From Macrostomum lignano (Eukaryota), in contig NIVC01003097.1 in assembly GCA_002269645.1 (NCBI GenBank), forward strand, positions 55,564-119,563: DNA of 64,000 nucleotides, written 5' to 3'. Under the pieces are notes generated by a model. It was not told the DNA's origin, made no database searches, and worked only from the letters and a program-made list of their open reading frames with translations. The position numbers and the translations under genes are program-made. Below are positions 15,457 through 28,219 of this stretch, piece after piece. The number at the start of each line of letters is the position of its first letter. Within the stretch, counting starts at the first letter, position 1.

Positions 15457-16265
15457 GATTCCCCATATTGTCACCGGATTCCCCATATTGTCACCGGATT
15501 CCCCATATTGTCACCGGATTCCCCATATTGTCACCGGATTCCCCAATGTTGTCATCGGATTTTCTCCATTTAGTCATCGGATTCCCCCAGATTGTCATAG
15601 GATTCCCCCAGATTGTCATCAGATTTCCCCAGATTGTCATAGGATTCCCCCAGATTGTCATCAGATTTCCCCAGATTGTCATAGGATTTCCCAGATTGTC
15701 ATAGGATTCCCCCAGATTGTCATCAGATTTCCCCATATTGTCACCGGATTCCCCATATTGTCACCGGATTCCCCATATTGTCACCGGATTCCCCAATGTT
15801 GTCATCGGATTTTCTCCATTTAGTCATCGGATTCCCCCAGATTGTCATAGGATTCCCCCAGATTGTCATCAGATTTCCCCAGATTGTCATAGGATTCCCC
15901 CAGATTGTCATCAGATTTCCCCAGATTGTCATAGGATTTCCCAGATTGTCATAGGATTCCCCCAGATTGTCATCAGATTTCCCCATATTGTCATCGGATT
16001 CCCCCAGATTGTCATCGGATACCCCCATTTCGTCATCGGATTCCCCCCATTTCGTCATTGGATTCCCCTCATTTCGTCATTGGATTCCCCCATTTCGTCA
16101 TTGGATTTCCCCATTTCGTCATCGGATTCCCCCCCCCATTTTGTCATCGGATTCCTCCAGATTGTCATCGGATTCCCCCCCCCCATTTTGTCATCGGACT
16201 CCCCCAGATTTTCATCGGATTCCCCCAAATTGTCATCAGATTTCCCCACTTTGTCATCGGATTTT
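15457..16265. repeat. 20-21-bp minisatellite (GGATTCCCCATATTGTCACC) with a 250-bp internal duplication
   Basis: Tandem copies. The variant block at 15541 recurs at 15791. Confidence 0.93.
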
Positions 16266-17289
16266 CACGGACTGTGGATAATTTTCCTAAGATTAGTCAT
16301 CTAGGCTTCAAAACATTATAAATCGATCGTATAATATCGAACCGTCCATCGCATTATTTTAAATAATGTATTTTTGTTTAGCACTAAGGACTTGACTGTG
16401 CAGATAATAGCCCTAATTAAGGATTACTTTAAGTAATAATTATAATATGTTAATTAGCAAACTGAGTCGCGAACGCTCTTGTGAACTAGTAAGGTCTGTT
16501 ACATTTAGCAGTCCTTGGCGCACCAGCCGTATGCACTGAGTTGAGTTTTGCTACGTTGTGTCTTTTCCGCGATAATTTTAAAGCTCCCCCGTACTCTGTT
16601 TGGTTCAGATTTGTTCGCACCTTTGTCCAGCGGCTAACCTTATTTTCGTGTTGAAGTGTTCATTAATTAGATTGTTGTCCTTACCGAGTGTATTTGTACC
16701 TGTGTAGTTGTGACCGCATCAGATGAATGCTGGTATATTATTTAGCTTGATTTTTTACATTTAAAATAATTCAGAAGGAATTCGATTTTGTTAATTATTA
16801 ATATTTGTCCCTGTATTACAGGTGTCACAATAGTTTATTTGCTAGTTCGTAACTAATGGTATCTAATGACGCATTCCGATATTTATTTTTCTCGTGTTTT
16901 TTTGTCAAACATGTCGATTTGCACTTCAGTTTAACAGCAAAAAATGCAATGCACAACATCAACAGACTTTAAAGTATCAATTAAATAATTTTTTCAGTTT
17001 TTAACACAATTCGCCACTACTGACAGTAGTAAAATGTGCACGCATTAAAGAAAAACACATTTACAATACTAGTTCTCAAGTCGTTGCTCATATGCTTTGA
17101 AGATTGTCACAAATGAGAACTTGAAAGAATGTGAGCATCTATGCGAGTTTCTGTTTATGAGACGAAATATGATGTATTTGCGTTATTCACAATTGATTTT
17201 TATAAAAACGAACCTTCATGCGCAGATGGTAGACATAGTGTACTTTTTCATGTCTAGAATCAGCAGATGATTCTCAGAATCTAGAATCA

Positions 17290-17971
17290 CCTGACTTTTC
17301 AGGTAGGGTGAGGAGGCGCCTGATTTTTCAGGTAGGGTGAGGAGGCGCCTGATTATTCAGGTAGGGTGAGGAGGTGCCTGATTTTTCAGGTAGGGTGAGG
17401 AGGCGCCTGATTTTTCAGGTAGGGTGAGGATGCGCCAGATTATTCAGGTAGGGTGAGGAGGTGCCTGATTATTCAGGTAGGGTGAGGAGGCGCCTGATTA
17501 TTCAGGTAGGGTGAGGAGGTGCCTGATTTTTCAGGTAGGGTGAGGAGGCGCCAGATTTTTCAGGTAGGGTGAGGATGCGCCAGATTATTCAGGTAGGGTG
17601 AGGAGGTGCCTGATTATTCAGGTAGGGTGAGGAGGTGCCTGATTATTCAGGTAGGGTGAGGAGGTGCCTGATTATTCAGGTGGGGTGAGGAGGTGCCTGA
17701 TTTTTCAGGTAGGGTGAGGAGGCGCCTGATTTTTCAGGTAGGGTGAGGATGCGCCAGATTATTCAGGTAGGGTAAGGAGGTGCCTGATTATTCAGGTAGG
17801 GTGAGGAGGTGCTTGATTATTCAGGTAGGGTGAGGAGGTGCCTGATTATTCAGGTGGGGTGAGGAGGCGCCTGATTATTCAGGTAGGGTGAGGAGGTGCC
17901 TGATTATTCAGGTAGGGTGAGGATGTGCCTGATTATTCAGGTAGGGTGAGGAGGCGCCTGGTTATTCAGGT
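17290..17971. repeat. 29-bp minisatellite (CCTGATTATTCAGGTAGGGTGAGGAGGTG)
   Basis: About 23 copies, each with a CCTGA-N4-TCAGG mini-hairpin. Confidence 0.95.
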
Positions 17972-18012
17972 GGTCACGTTAACCCGCCTCCCTTGTATGC
18001 AGGACAGCGCAG

Positions 18013-18446
18013 TCAGACAGTCTCTGTGCCAGCCTCCTGATTGCTGTTGCAATGCTCTTCGAAGTTGCGTGTCGCGGCCGGTTTCTCTTCTGTTGCAGCC
18101 GCTGCCGCCCCCTCTTCGCCGTCCGACTGTGGCCCCAGCTGGGCGTAGCCGGAGCCAGAGTCTGCGGAGGAAGAGTTAGCAGCGGCGGCGGCGGCGGTGG
18201 CGGCGGCGGTGGCGGCGGTGGCGGCGGGTCTCGTAGAAGCTGCCGCAATCGAGCAGGCGATGCCGCTGAAGCGGCTGCTGGCGGAATGCGGCAGCAGGCT
18301 GTGCACCGTCTGGTCGCGAGGAAGGCCGCCAAAGCCGCTGCCTGGCGCTGCCGACGACGATGACGAAGGCGCGCCGACAGCGGCGGCCGCCATTGCCGAG
18401 GAAATAGGAAGGTCGATTGGATCGTCGTCAGAGCTTCCCAGGGCCG
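18013..18446 (-). CDS. Class A GPCR exon 3 (low-complexity C-terminus)
   Basis: Acceptor ttgcttcccag|CG fits phase 1 and runs in frame into the 18393-18013 ORF. Spliced CDS is 1518 nt. Confidence 0.75.
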
Positions 18447-18481
18447 CTGGGAAGCAATTGTAAAATACATCTAGAGACTGA

Positions 18482-19040
18482 ATGCCTGGATTCCCGAGTG
18501 CCCGGATTCCCGAGTGCCTGGATTCCTTAGTGCTTGGATTCCCGAGTGCTTGGATTCTCGAGTGCCTGGATTCCCGAGTGCCTGGATTCCCGAGTGCCTG
18601 GATTCCCGAGTGCCTGGATTCCCGAGTGCCTGGATTCCCGAGTGCCTGGATTCCCGAGTGCCCGGATTCCCGAGTGCCTGGATTCCTTAGTGCTTGGATT
18701 CCCGAGTGCTTGGATTCTCGAGTGCCTGGATTCCCGAGTGCCTGGATTCCCGAGTGCCTGGATTCCCGAGTGCCTGGATTCCCGAGTGCCTGGATTCCCT
18801 AGTGCCTGGATTCCCGAGTGCTTGGATTCCTGAGTGCTTGGATTCCTGAGTGCTTGGATTCCTGAGTGCTTGGATTCCCGCGTGCCTGGATTCCCAAGTG
18901 CATGGATTCCCGAGTGCCTGGATTCCCGAGTGCTTGGATTCCCGAGTGCCTGGATTCCCTAGTGCCTGGATTCCCTAGTGCCTGGATTCCTGAGTGCATG
19001 GATTCCCGAGTGCTTGGATTCCTGAGTGCCTGGATTCCCA
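18482..19040. repeat. 16-bp minisatellite (GGATTCCCGAGTGCCT)
   Basis: About 35 copies in GPCR intron 2. Confidence 0.95.
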
Positions 19041-19244
19041 AGCGAACATTCCTAAAAGTCAATGCCAGCGAGAGCAACAGATTCCAGATGTTAACTTGCA
19101 GCCACTAATCCTGACAATTACTGGTTGACAAAAGTCATTAATTTAGACTTCTGTCATCATGCAGGTTCCACATATTTCGTCAAGTAAACCAGACTAACAA
19201 GCTCATTTCCTAAAATAAACAACCAAAAACATACCCTCCACTGT

Positions 19245-19548
19245 AGCTACAGACTGTGGTTGCCATAGCTACATACTGTGTTTACCATAGTAACAAATTG
19301 TGTTTACCATAGCTACATGCTGTGTTTACCATAGCTACATGCTGTGTTTACCATAGCTACATGCTGTGTTTACCATAGCTACAGATTGTGTTTACCATAG
19401 CTAGATACTGTGTTTAACATACCAGGGTAGCTAGATACTGTGTTTAACATAGCTACAGACTGTGTTTAACATAGCTACAGATTATGTTTACCATAGCTAC
19501 GAGCGTACAACTCTGTTTATCACCATAGCAACAGACTGTGTTTACCAC
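19245..19548. repeat. 22-bp minisatellite (ACTGTGTTTACCATAGCTACAG)
   Basis: Tandem copies next to the GPCR exon 2 donor. Confidence 0.9.
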
Positions 19549-19576
19549 TACGAGCGGAGCAGAAACCAGAGCTCAC

Positions 19577-19805
19577 CTCTGCCGCCGCCCCCGCTGCCGA
19601 TGCAGCACCTGAAGCACCACCACCGGCACCTGCGGCAGCAGCAGCAGCAGCCGCAGAAGACGCGCAGGTAGCCTTCCCGGTAACTGTGCGAGCAGACTGC
19701 GTAGATAAGCGGATTAAAGACGCCGGATAGAGTTGTGCTGAGCTGGGCGTACATCACTAGCGGCGGACTCACTGACAGATTTGAGTAGCGAAGTCCAGCG
19801 AGTAC
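19577..19805 (-). CDS. Class A GPCR exon 2 (end of TM6, TM7, helix 8, Cys-rich tail)
   Basis: Acceptor CAAG|GTA. Encodes VLAGLRYSNL..GVFNPLIYAVCSHSYREGY. Donor G|GTGAG at 19576 (phase 1). Confidence 0.85.
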
Positions 19806-19904
19806 CTTGATGGATTGATAGTTAATTTGCATGTCATTTGAGTGACAACTTTTTCAGAATCTTTGGTTTTAACTGGGTGAGCTTCTAAATGTGAGCTTCT
19901 AAAG

Positions 19905-20700
19905 GGGTTTTCTTATCTAGGGTGAGGGTAGGGGTTTTCTTATCTTAAGGTTAGGGTTGGGGTTTTCTTATCTAGGGTGAGGGTAGGGGTTTTCTTATTT
20001 AGGGTGAAGGTAGGGGTTTTCTTAACTAGGGTTAGGGTTGGGGTTTTCTTATCTAGGGTGAGGGTAGGGGTTTTCTTATCTAGGGTGAGGGTTGGGGTTT
20101 TCTTATTTAGGGTGAGGGTTGGGGTTTTCTTATCTAGGGTTAGGGTAGGGGTTTCTTATCTAAAGGTTAGGGTTGGGCTTTTCTTATCTAGGGTTAAGGT
20201 TGGGGTTTTCTTATTTAGGGTTAGGGTTGGGGTTTTCTTATTTAGGGTTAGGGTTGGGGTTTTCTTATTTAGGGTTAGGGTATGAGTTTTCTTATTTAGG
20301 GTTAGGTTTTCTTATCTAGGGTGATCGTTGGAGTTTTCTTATCTAGGGTGTAAGTAGGGGTTTTCTTATCTAGGGTGTAAGTAGGGGTTTTCTTATCTAG
20401 GGTGATCGTTGGAGTTTTCTTATCTAGGGTGTAAGTAGGGGTTTTCTTATCTAGGGTGATCGTTGGAGTTTTCTTATCTAGGGTGTAAGTAGGGGTTTTC
20501 TTATCTAGGGTGTAAGTAGGGGTTTTCTTATCTAGGGTGTAAGTAGGGGTTTTCTTATCTAGGGTGATCGTTGGAGTTTTCTTATCTAGGGTGTAAGTAG
20601 GGGTTTTCTTATCTAGGGTGTAAGTAGGGGTTTTCTTATCTAGGGTGTAAGTAGGGGTTTTCTTATCTAGGGTGTAAGTAGGGGTTTTCTTATCTAGGGC
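19905..20700. repeat. 27-bp G-rich minisatellite with TTAGGG-like motifs
   Basis: Unit TTTTCTTATCTAGGGTGAGGGTAGGGG, with variants TAGGGTTAGGGTTGGGG. Confidence 0.95.
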
Positions 20701-20971
20701 TGGATTTGGGTTCCAACCCGTGAGATTTCGGATATTTATATAGCTTTCATATCACAGCAGTAGATATATAGCTTTAAGGATCATAATCTGAAATAGAATC
20801 AGTCTTCAGTCAATATATCTCTGATTCAATCAAACATTTACTGTTTGTCTCTGTCTCTTTTCTCTTTTCAGAAAGTGACTGATTGAGCGCTCAGCAGTAG
20901 CCACTAGTAATCCTCCCTATTTAGTGTCGAATAGCTCGATAAGCAGCTTGCACTGTCAGGGCAGTGAGCCT

Positions 20972-20985
20972 GTTTCCATGGCAAC
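20972..20985. promoter_or_regulatory. Candidate RFX X-box
   Basis: GTTTCCATGGCAAC matches the 14-bp GTNNCCATGGNAAC consensus. A chance match cannot be excluded. Confidence 0.35.
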
Positions 20986-21679
20986 CAAGCTTCACGATAG
21001 TCCAGTCCAAGAAGGGGAGTTTCTGGATCGGGAGGGACGGCAAGTTAGTTAGTTGCTCTCCCATGCCAGTCCCAGATTTGCTCGGTGCAATAGGAAGGGA
21101 AGAGGGTTGGGGACAGCTGGGGTCTGTCTGCTCAGCCCTGCCCTCTCTCGCCTCTTTACTCCCCGCCAGGCACTCTTCTCCCAGCTTTTCAGCATCGCCT
21201 TTTCTGACTCTCAGCCAGAGAAGTGGGCAGCGGCGGAGGCGACTTTGCCGTGGCTGTCTTATCGAGTGCTCGCTTAGCACAGAGCAAGGGCCAAACTTAT
21301 TCCAGACTCTCCGCACTCCATCTCTCCATCTCTCCCTCATTTTCGAGGGTCAATCCTTCCCCGGCCTCGGTATGGGGGAAAGCAAGCTAACTAACTCTCC
21401 TAGCAATCAAATGAACTTGGCGATCGGATTACCGAAACTCTCGCAAGAAGCCGCAGCCCCAAAAAGGCTTTGCCGGCCGGCACGAGCGATCCCAAGGGAT
21501 GAGACGATGCAGCAGGAATAAACTGAAGCTGGAGCTAACGAGTTACTGACTCAATGCGATTGAGCGGGGGATTTGCTAGCGAATAAATTAACGAAGGAGT
21601 GAGCTCATGACAGCATTCATGACTTCATAAGTCCCTCACCGAGTTCATGAGTGAGTTTTTGAACTCATGAGATCCTAGC

Positions 21680-21860
21680 TTCCTGACTTCCAGCGTGACT
21701 TTATGAGCAACCTTAGTCTCTGACTTCCAGAGTGACTTTATGAGCAACCTTAGTCCCTGACTTCCAGAGTGACTTTATGAGCAGCCTTAGTCTCTGACTT
21801 CCAGAGTGACTTTATGAGCAACCTTAGTCCCTGACTTCCAGAGTGACTTTATGAGTGCTG
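21680..21860. repeat. 37-bp minisatellite
   Basis: About 4-5 copies of CTGACTTCCAGAGTGACTTTATGAGCAACCTTAGTC(C/T). Confidence 0.85.
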
Positions 21861-22319
21861 AGTTCCTGAGTGAGTTTATGAGAACATGTGCTCACAAATG
21901 AGCTCATGAGTGATGAAGCAGAGACAGACGCATTAACGGAAAGAACAGAGAGGAGCAGATGTGGCCCCAGGCTGGGAGGGGGGGGGGTAGCTCAGCCTCT
22001 CTGAGCTCGGACACGCCCGAGCGAGCAGCTTCAAGGATGAACAGAGACCGAGAGAGCGAGAGCTCTTCGATCATAGAGAGTCAATCCAGAAGCGTCGAAA
22101 AGCAGAGCCGCAGTCAAAAAAGGATTTGGGGAAGACGCGAACCGACAGGCTGCAGAAAAACATGCCACAGCTGTGTGCCACAGCTAGTCGCTGTGTAATG
22201 GGCCGCGACAGGGAGACCCTCGGCAAAGCGTTAGTGCCGCCGTCCAAGAAGAGCCTCTTGCGAGCACGAGGAGGCCAACGGTTCGGCAGGGAGCACGACA
22301 GCAACATGAGTTCATTAAC

Positions 22320-25300
22320 CAGTCACTCAAACTCAGTAGCTACCAATTAGTCAGTCACTCAAACTCAGTAGCTATGAATTAGTCAGTAACTCAAACTCAG
22401 TAGCTATCAATTAGTCAGTCACTCAAACTCAGTAGCTATGAATTAGTCAGTCACTCAAACTCAGTAGCTATCAATTAGTCAGTCACTCAAACTCAGTAGC
22501 TATCAATTAGTCAGTCACTCAAACTCAGTAGCTATCAATTAGTCAGTCACTCAAACTCAGTAGCTATCAATTAGTCAGTCGCTCAAACTCAGTAGCTATC
22601 AATTAGTCAGTCACTCAAACTCAGTAGCTATCAATTAGTCAGTCGCTCAAACTCAGTAGCTACCAATTAGTCAGTCACTCAAACTCAGTAGCTACCAATT
22701 AGTCAGTCACTCAAACTCAGTAGCTATCAATTAGTCAGTCACTCAAACTCAGTAGCTACCAATTAGTCAGTCACTCAAACTCAGTAGCTATCAATTAGTC
22801 AGTCACTCAAACTCAGTAGCTATCAATTAGTCAGTCACTCAAACTCAGTAGCTACCAATTAGTCAGTCACTCAAACTCAGTAGCTATCAATTAGTCAGTC
22901 ACTCAAACTCAGTAGCTATCAATTAGTCAGTCACTCAAACTCAGTAGCTATCAATTAGTCAGTCACTCAAACTCAGTAGCTATCAATTAGTCAGTCACTC
23001 AAACTCAGTAGCTATCAATTAGTCAGTCGCTCAAACTCAGTAGCTATCAATTAGTCAGTCACTCAAACTCAGTAGCTACCAATTAGTCAGTCACTCAAAC
23101 TCAGTAGCTATCAATTAGTCAGTCACTCAAACTCAGTAGCTATCAATTAGTCAGTCACTCAAACTCAGTAGCTACCAATTAGTCAGTCACTCAAACTCAG
23201 TAGCTACCAATTAGTCAGTCACTCAAACTCAGTAGCTATCAATTAGTCAGTCACTCAAACTCAGTAGCTATCAATTAGTCAGTCACTCAAACTCAGTAGC
23301 TATCAATTAGTCAGTCACTCAAACTCAGTAGCTATGAATTAGTCAGGCACTCAAACTCAGTAGCTACCAATTAGTCAGTCACTCAAACTCAGTAGCTATC
23401 AATTAGTCAGTCACTCAAACTCAGTAGCTATCAATTAGTCAGTAACTCAAACTCAGTAGCTATCAATTAGTCAGTCACTCAAACTCAGTAGCTATCAATT
23501 AGTCAGTCACTCAAACTCAGTAGCTATCAATTAGTCAGTCACTCAAACTCAGTAGCTATCAATTAGTCAGTCACTCAAACTCAGTAGCTATCAATTAGTC
23601 AGTCACTCAAACTCAGTAGCTATCAATTAGTCAGTCACTCAAACTCAGTAGCTATCAATTAGTCAGTCACTCAAACTCAGTAGCTATCAATTAGTCAGTC
23701 ACTCAAACTCAGTAGCTATCAATTAGTCAGTCACTCAAACTCAGTAGCTACCAATTAGTCAGTCACTCAAACTCAGTAGCTATCAATTAGTCAGTCACTC
23801 AAACTCAGTAGCTATCAATTAGTCAGTCACTCAAACTCAGTAGCTATCAATTAGTCAGTCACTCAAACTCAGTAGCTATCAATTAGTCAGTCACTCAAAC
23901 TCAGTAGCTATCAATTAGTCAGTCACTCAAACTCAGTAGCTATCAATTAGTCAGTCACTCAAACTCAGTAGCTATCAATTAGTCAGTCACTCAAACTCAG
24001 TAGCTATCAATTAGTCAGTCACTCAAACTCAGTAGCTATGAATTAGTCAGTCACTCAAACTCAGTAGCTATCAATTAGTCAGTCACTCAAACTCAGTAGC
24101 TATAAATTAGTCAGTCACTCAAACTCAGTAGCTATCAATTAGTCAGTCACTCAAACTCAGTAGCTATCAATTAGTCAGTCACTCAAACTCAGTAGCTATC
24201 AATTAGTCAGTCACTCAAACTCAGTAGCTATCAATTAGTCAGTCACTCAAACTCAGTAGCTATCAATTAGTCAGTCACTCAAACTCAGTAGCTATCAATT
24301 AGTCAGTCACTCAAACTCAGTAGCTATCAATTAGTCAGTCACTCAAACTCAGTAGCTATCAATTAGTCAGTCGCTCAAACTCAGTAGCTATCAATTAGTC
24401 AGTCACTCAAACTCAGTAGCTATCAATTAGTCAGTCACTCAAACTCAGTAGCTATCAATTAGACAGTTACTCAAACTCAGTAGCTATCAATTATTCAGTC
24501 ACTAAAACTCAGTAGCTATCAATTAGTCAGTCGCTCAAACTCAATAGCTATCAATTAGTCAGTCACTCAAACTCAGTAGCTGTCAATTAGTCAGTTGCTC
24601 AAACTCAGTAGCTATCAATTAGTCAGTCGCTTAAACTCAATAGCTATCAATTAGTCAGTCGCTCAAACTCAGTAGCTATCAATTAGTCAGTCACTCAAAC
24701 TCAGTAGCTATCAATTAGTCAGTCACTCAAACTCAGTAGCTATCAATTAGTCAGTCACTCAAACTCAATGGCTATGAATTAGTCAGTCGCTCAAACTCAG
24801 TAGCTATGAATTAGTCAGCCGCTCAAACTCAGTAGCTATCAATTAGTCAGTCACTTAGACTCAATGGCTATGAATTAGTCAGTTACTCAAACTCAGTAGC
24901 TACCAATTAGTCAGTCACTCAAACTCAGTAGCTACCAATTAGTCAGTAACTCAAACTCAGTAGCTATCAATTAGTCAGTTACTCAAACTCAGTAGCTATC
25001 AATTAGTCAGTCACTCAAACTCAGTAGCTATCAATTAGTCAGTCACTCAAACTCAGTAGCTATCAATTAGTCAGTCACTCAAACTCAGTAGCTACCAATT
25101 AGTCAGTCACTCAAACTCAGTAGCTACCAATTAGTCAGTCACTCAAACTCAGTAGCTATCAATTAGTCAGTAACTCAAACTCAGTAGCTATCAATTAGTC
25201 AGTCACTCAAACTCAGTAGCTACCAATTAGTCAGTCACTCAAACTCAGTAGCTATCAATTAGTCAGTCGCTCAAACTCAGTAGCTGTGAATTAGTCAGTC

Positions 25301-25728
25301 ACTCAAACTCAGTAGCTATCAATTAGTCAGTCACTCAAACTCAGTAGCTATCAATTAGTCAGTTACTCAAATTCAGTAGCTATCAATTAGTCAGTCGCTC
25401 AAACTCAGTAGCTACCAATTAGTCAGTCACTCAAACTCAGTAGCTACCAATTAGTCAGTCACTCAAACTCAGTAGCTACCAATTAGTCAGTCACTCAAAC
25501 TCAGTAGCTATCAATTAGTCAGTCACTCAAACTCAGTAGCTATCAATTAGTCAGTCACTCAAACTCAGTAGCTGCCAATTAGTCAGTCACTCAAACTCAG
25601 TAGCTATCAATTAGTCAGTCACTCAAACTCAGTAGCTATCAATTAGTCAGTCACTCAAACTCAGTAGCTATCAATTAGTCAGTCGCTCAAACTCAGTAGC
25701 TATCAATTAGCCAGTCGCTCAAACTCAG
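22320..25728. repeat. 32-bp minisatellite (CACTCAAACTCAGTAGCTATCAATTAGTCAGT)
   Basis: About 107 highly homogeneous copies abutting the GPCR exon 1 donor. Confidence 0.97.
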
Positions 25729-25734
25729 ACTCAC

Positions 25735-26589
25735 CAGTGTGGGAATCCAGGTGCAGCAGAAGACCAGGCTGATCAGAGCGGTGACCCGCATGGTCTCTAT
25801 GAAACGGCCCATCTCAAGAAACTGCTCCTCCTCGATGAGCAGGTCGGCAGCGGATGCTGTCGCGTCGTCCTGCTCGGCGGCCTTCTGCGCCGCGGCCTGC
25901 TTGCGCTGCCACAGGCAGATGATCACCAGGTTGGTGCTCAGCACGCAGGCCAGGCAGAGGCCGGCAATGCTGGCGAACACCACGAAGAAGACAGATTCCC
26001 TGAACCCGTTCGGCTGCCTGGCCAGCCAGGAGACGCAGAAGCCGCTGACCAACTCGCCGTCAGGCCCGGATTTTTCGGCCACGGCAGACGGAGCGAATCC
26101 GAGCAGCGGCAGGGTGGCGGTGAGCAGCGTCAGGCAGTAGCAGGTGAGCAGCAGGCAGCCGAGCAGGACGCTGTTCCTCGTGTCAACCGGCAGCGGCATC
26201 GGCTCGTCCAGCATCAGCCTGACGCAGCGGGCCCGGTCCAGCACCAGCAGCACCACGATAAGCATGGAGGCCAGCTGGAACCACAGCGCGGTCAGCTGGT
26301 GCAGGTTGCACGCTCGGGCGTCTCGCTGCCAGGTGCCGCGGAAATAAGCCACGATCCAGGGCGGCTCCGGCACCAGCACCGACAGGATGTCCGTGACGCT
26401 GAGCGCGGCCACCATCAGGTCCAGGTTGGTCCGCTCGGCCGACGATTTAGCTCGGAAAACTACGAGCGGCGGCAGGAGGTTGCCCAGCACCAGCAGCGCC
26501 TCGACCCCGATGGTCAACAAGGCGGTGGCGTGGTGCAGCAGGCGGTGCTCATCCGTGAGGGCCTCGTGTGGAGATTCCTCTAGCGGCAT
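25735..26589 (-). CDS. Class A GPCR exon 1 of 3 (TM1-TM6), loosely prostanoid-receptor-like
   Basis: ATG at 26589. Motifs LGNLL, LSVTDIL, C-x-LHQ, VLDRA, LPLLG, CCTWIP. Donor CTG|GTGAGT at 25734 (phase 0). Confidence 0.88.
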
Positions 26590-26848
26590 GTCTCTGAGTG
26601 CCTGTCTGTCTCTGATTGTCGGTCTCTGATTGTCTGTCTGTCTCTGATTGCCCGTCTCAAATTGGCTGTCGAACCTGCGAGCTCGTCCTTCGTCTTTTCT
26701 GCACTGGCAAATAACTGTTTCTCCGCCCAGCTGGCACCCTCACAGTCGCCCAGTTGGCTCTCATTGGCTCCTGGAGGACAACTTTTGTCCTGCGAGTCTG
26801 GCCAATCGCTCAAATTTTGACAGATTTTGTGTGCCAAGTAATGTAAGA

Positions 26849-27510
26849 TGTGTCTGAACTGAGTAAGGCGTGTCTGAACTGAGTAAGGCGTGTCTGAACT
26901 GAGTAAGGCGTGTCTGAACTGAGTAAGGCGTGTCTGAACTGAGTAAGGCGTGTCTGAACTGAGTAAGGCGTGTCTGAACTGAGTAAGGCGTGTCTGAACT
27001 GAGTAAGGCGTGTCTGAACTGAGTAAGGCGTGTCTGAACTGAGTAAGGCGTGTCTGAACTGATTAAGGCGTGTCTGAACTGAGTAAGGCGTGTCTGAACT
27101 GAGTAAGGCGTGTCTGAACTGAGTAAGGCGTGTCTGAACTGAGTAAGGCGTGTCTGAACTGATTAAGGCGTGTCTGAACTGAGTAAGGCGTGTCTGAACT
27201 GAGTAAGGCGTGTCTGAACTGAGTAAGGCGTGTCTGAACTGAGTAAGGCGTGTCTGAACTGAGTAAGGCGTGTCTGAACTGAGTAAGGCGTGTCTGAACT
27301 GAGTAAGGCGTGTCTGAACTGAGTAAGGCGTGTCTGAACTGAGTAAGGCGTGTCTGAACTGAGTAAGGCGTGTCTGAACTGAGTAAGGCGTGTCTGAACT
27401 GATTAAGGCGTGTCTGAACTGAGTAAGGCGTGTCTGAACTGAGTAAGGCGTGTCTGAACTGAGTAAGGCGTGTCTGAACTGTACTGAGTGAGGCGTGTCT
27501 GAACTGAGTA
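26849..27510. repeat. 20-bp minisatellite (TGTCTGAACTGAGTAAGGCG)
   Basis: About 32 near-identical copies. Confidence 0.97.
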
Positions 27511-28219
27511 GGGGGTGATAAAATTGAGTAAGAAGTGACAAGCTGGACTAAAAGTGCGGCAAGGGTTGAGTAAGGTATGTCAGAATTAATCAAATTTGTG
27601 TCGGAACTGAGTCAAACGAGAGGCAAGTTCGAGCTGCAAAACTTGGTTGACAAGTATCAAGATGGACCCGACATGAATGAAGGATTCTAATCGGGTTTTT
27701 AATATAGCTATCAGATATGCGTTTCTAAAGCACTTGTCACCTTCAAAGGATAGCCAACATCGCTTGCTTCCTAGAGGCAAAAGAAGCAATATTAAAACAG
27801 AGAAATGCCTACAATCTTCTTCCGCATCGCCACATTTCCCTATCTTCCTTCGCGAAAGCAATTTTACAACGGAGAAGGAGCAGAGGAAAATCCCATGTCG
27901 CCCAGGCCCGGTCCTCGACTCCCAGCGAGTGGCCCCCCGCATCCCCCTGGGGAAGGAGTCGGATCAATCAGCTAATTGGCTTTTTGAGCTGAAGCCTCGG
28001 AGACCGGCCCGCCTGGCACTCCGCCGGTCATGTCTGCCTGGGAGTTCCAGGCCTAGACATCTGGAGTGGGCGCTGGACTTCTATTTTTGGTTTGATCCTT
28101 GTTCACTTATTATCCTGGAATCAACAGTCTGCTAGCAGTCTATCTACGAGCTAAATGCTTTGATAGTTTTTCATAAAATGGGGATAGGAAGTTCAAGAAA
28201 ATTGCTGTGTTGTTGCTTT

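Noticed and set aside
19905-20300. True interstitial telomere or chromosome-fusion scar
   Set aside because: No pure (TTAGGG)n run or head-to-head arrangement. The motifs are embedded in a 27-bp unit.
20964-21521. 185-aa ORF in GPCR intron 1
   Set aside because: No recognisable motif, TTG/GTG-type start, Ser/Leu/Pro/Arg-rich composition typical of non-coding frames.
22320-25728. Regular 32-bp repeats suggestive of a CRISPR array
   Set aside because: Units are head-to-tail with no unique spacers, there are no cas genes, and the context is a eukaryotic intron. The same applies to the other arrays.
26810-27593. ORFs of 243 and 176 aa; likewise those at 9.0-10.0, 15.4-16.3, 18.5-19.1, 32.4-33.0, 36.3-37.1 and 50.0-50.9 kb
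   Set aside because: All are minisatellite translations.
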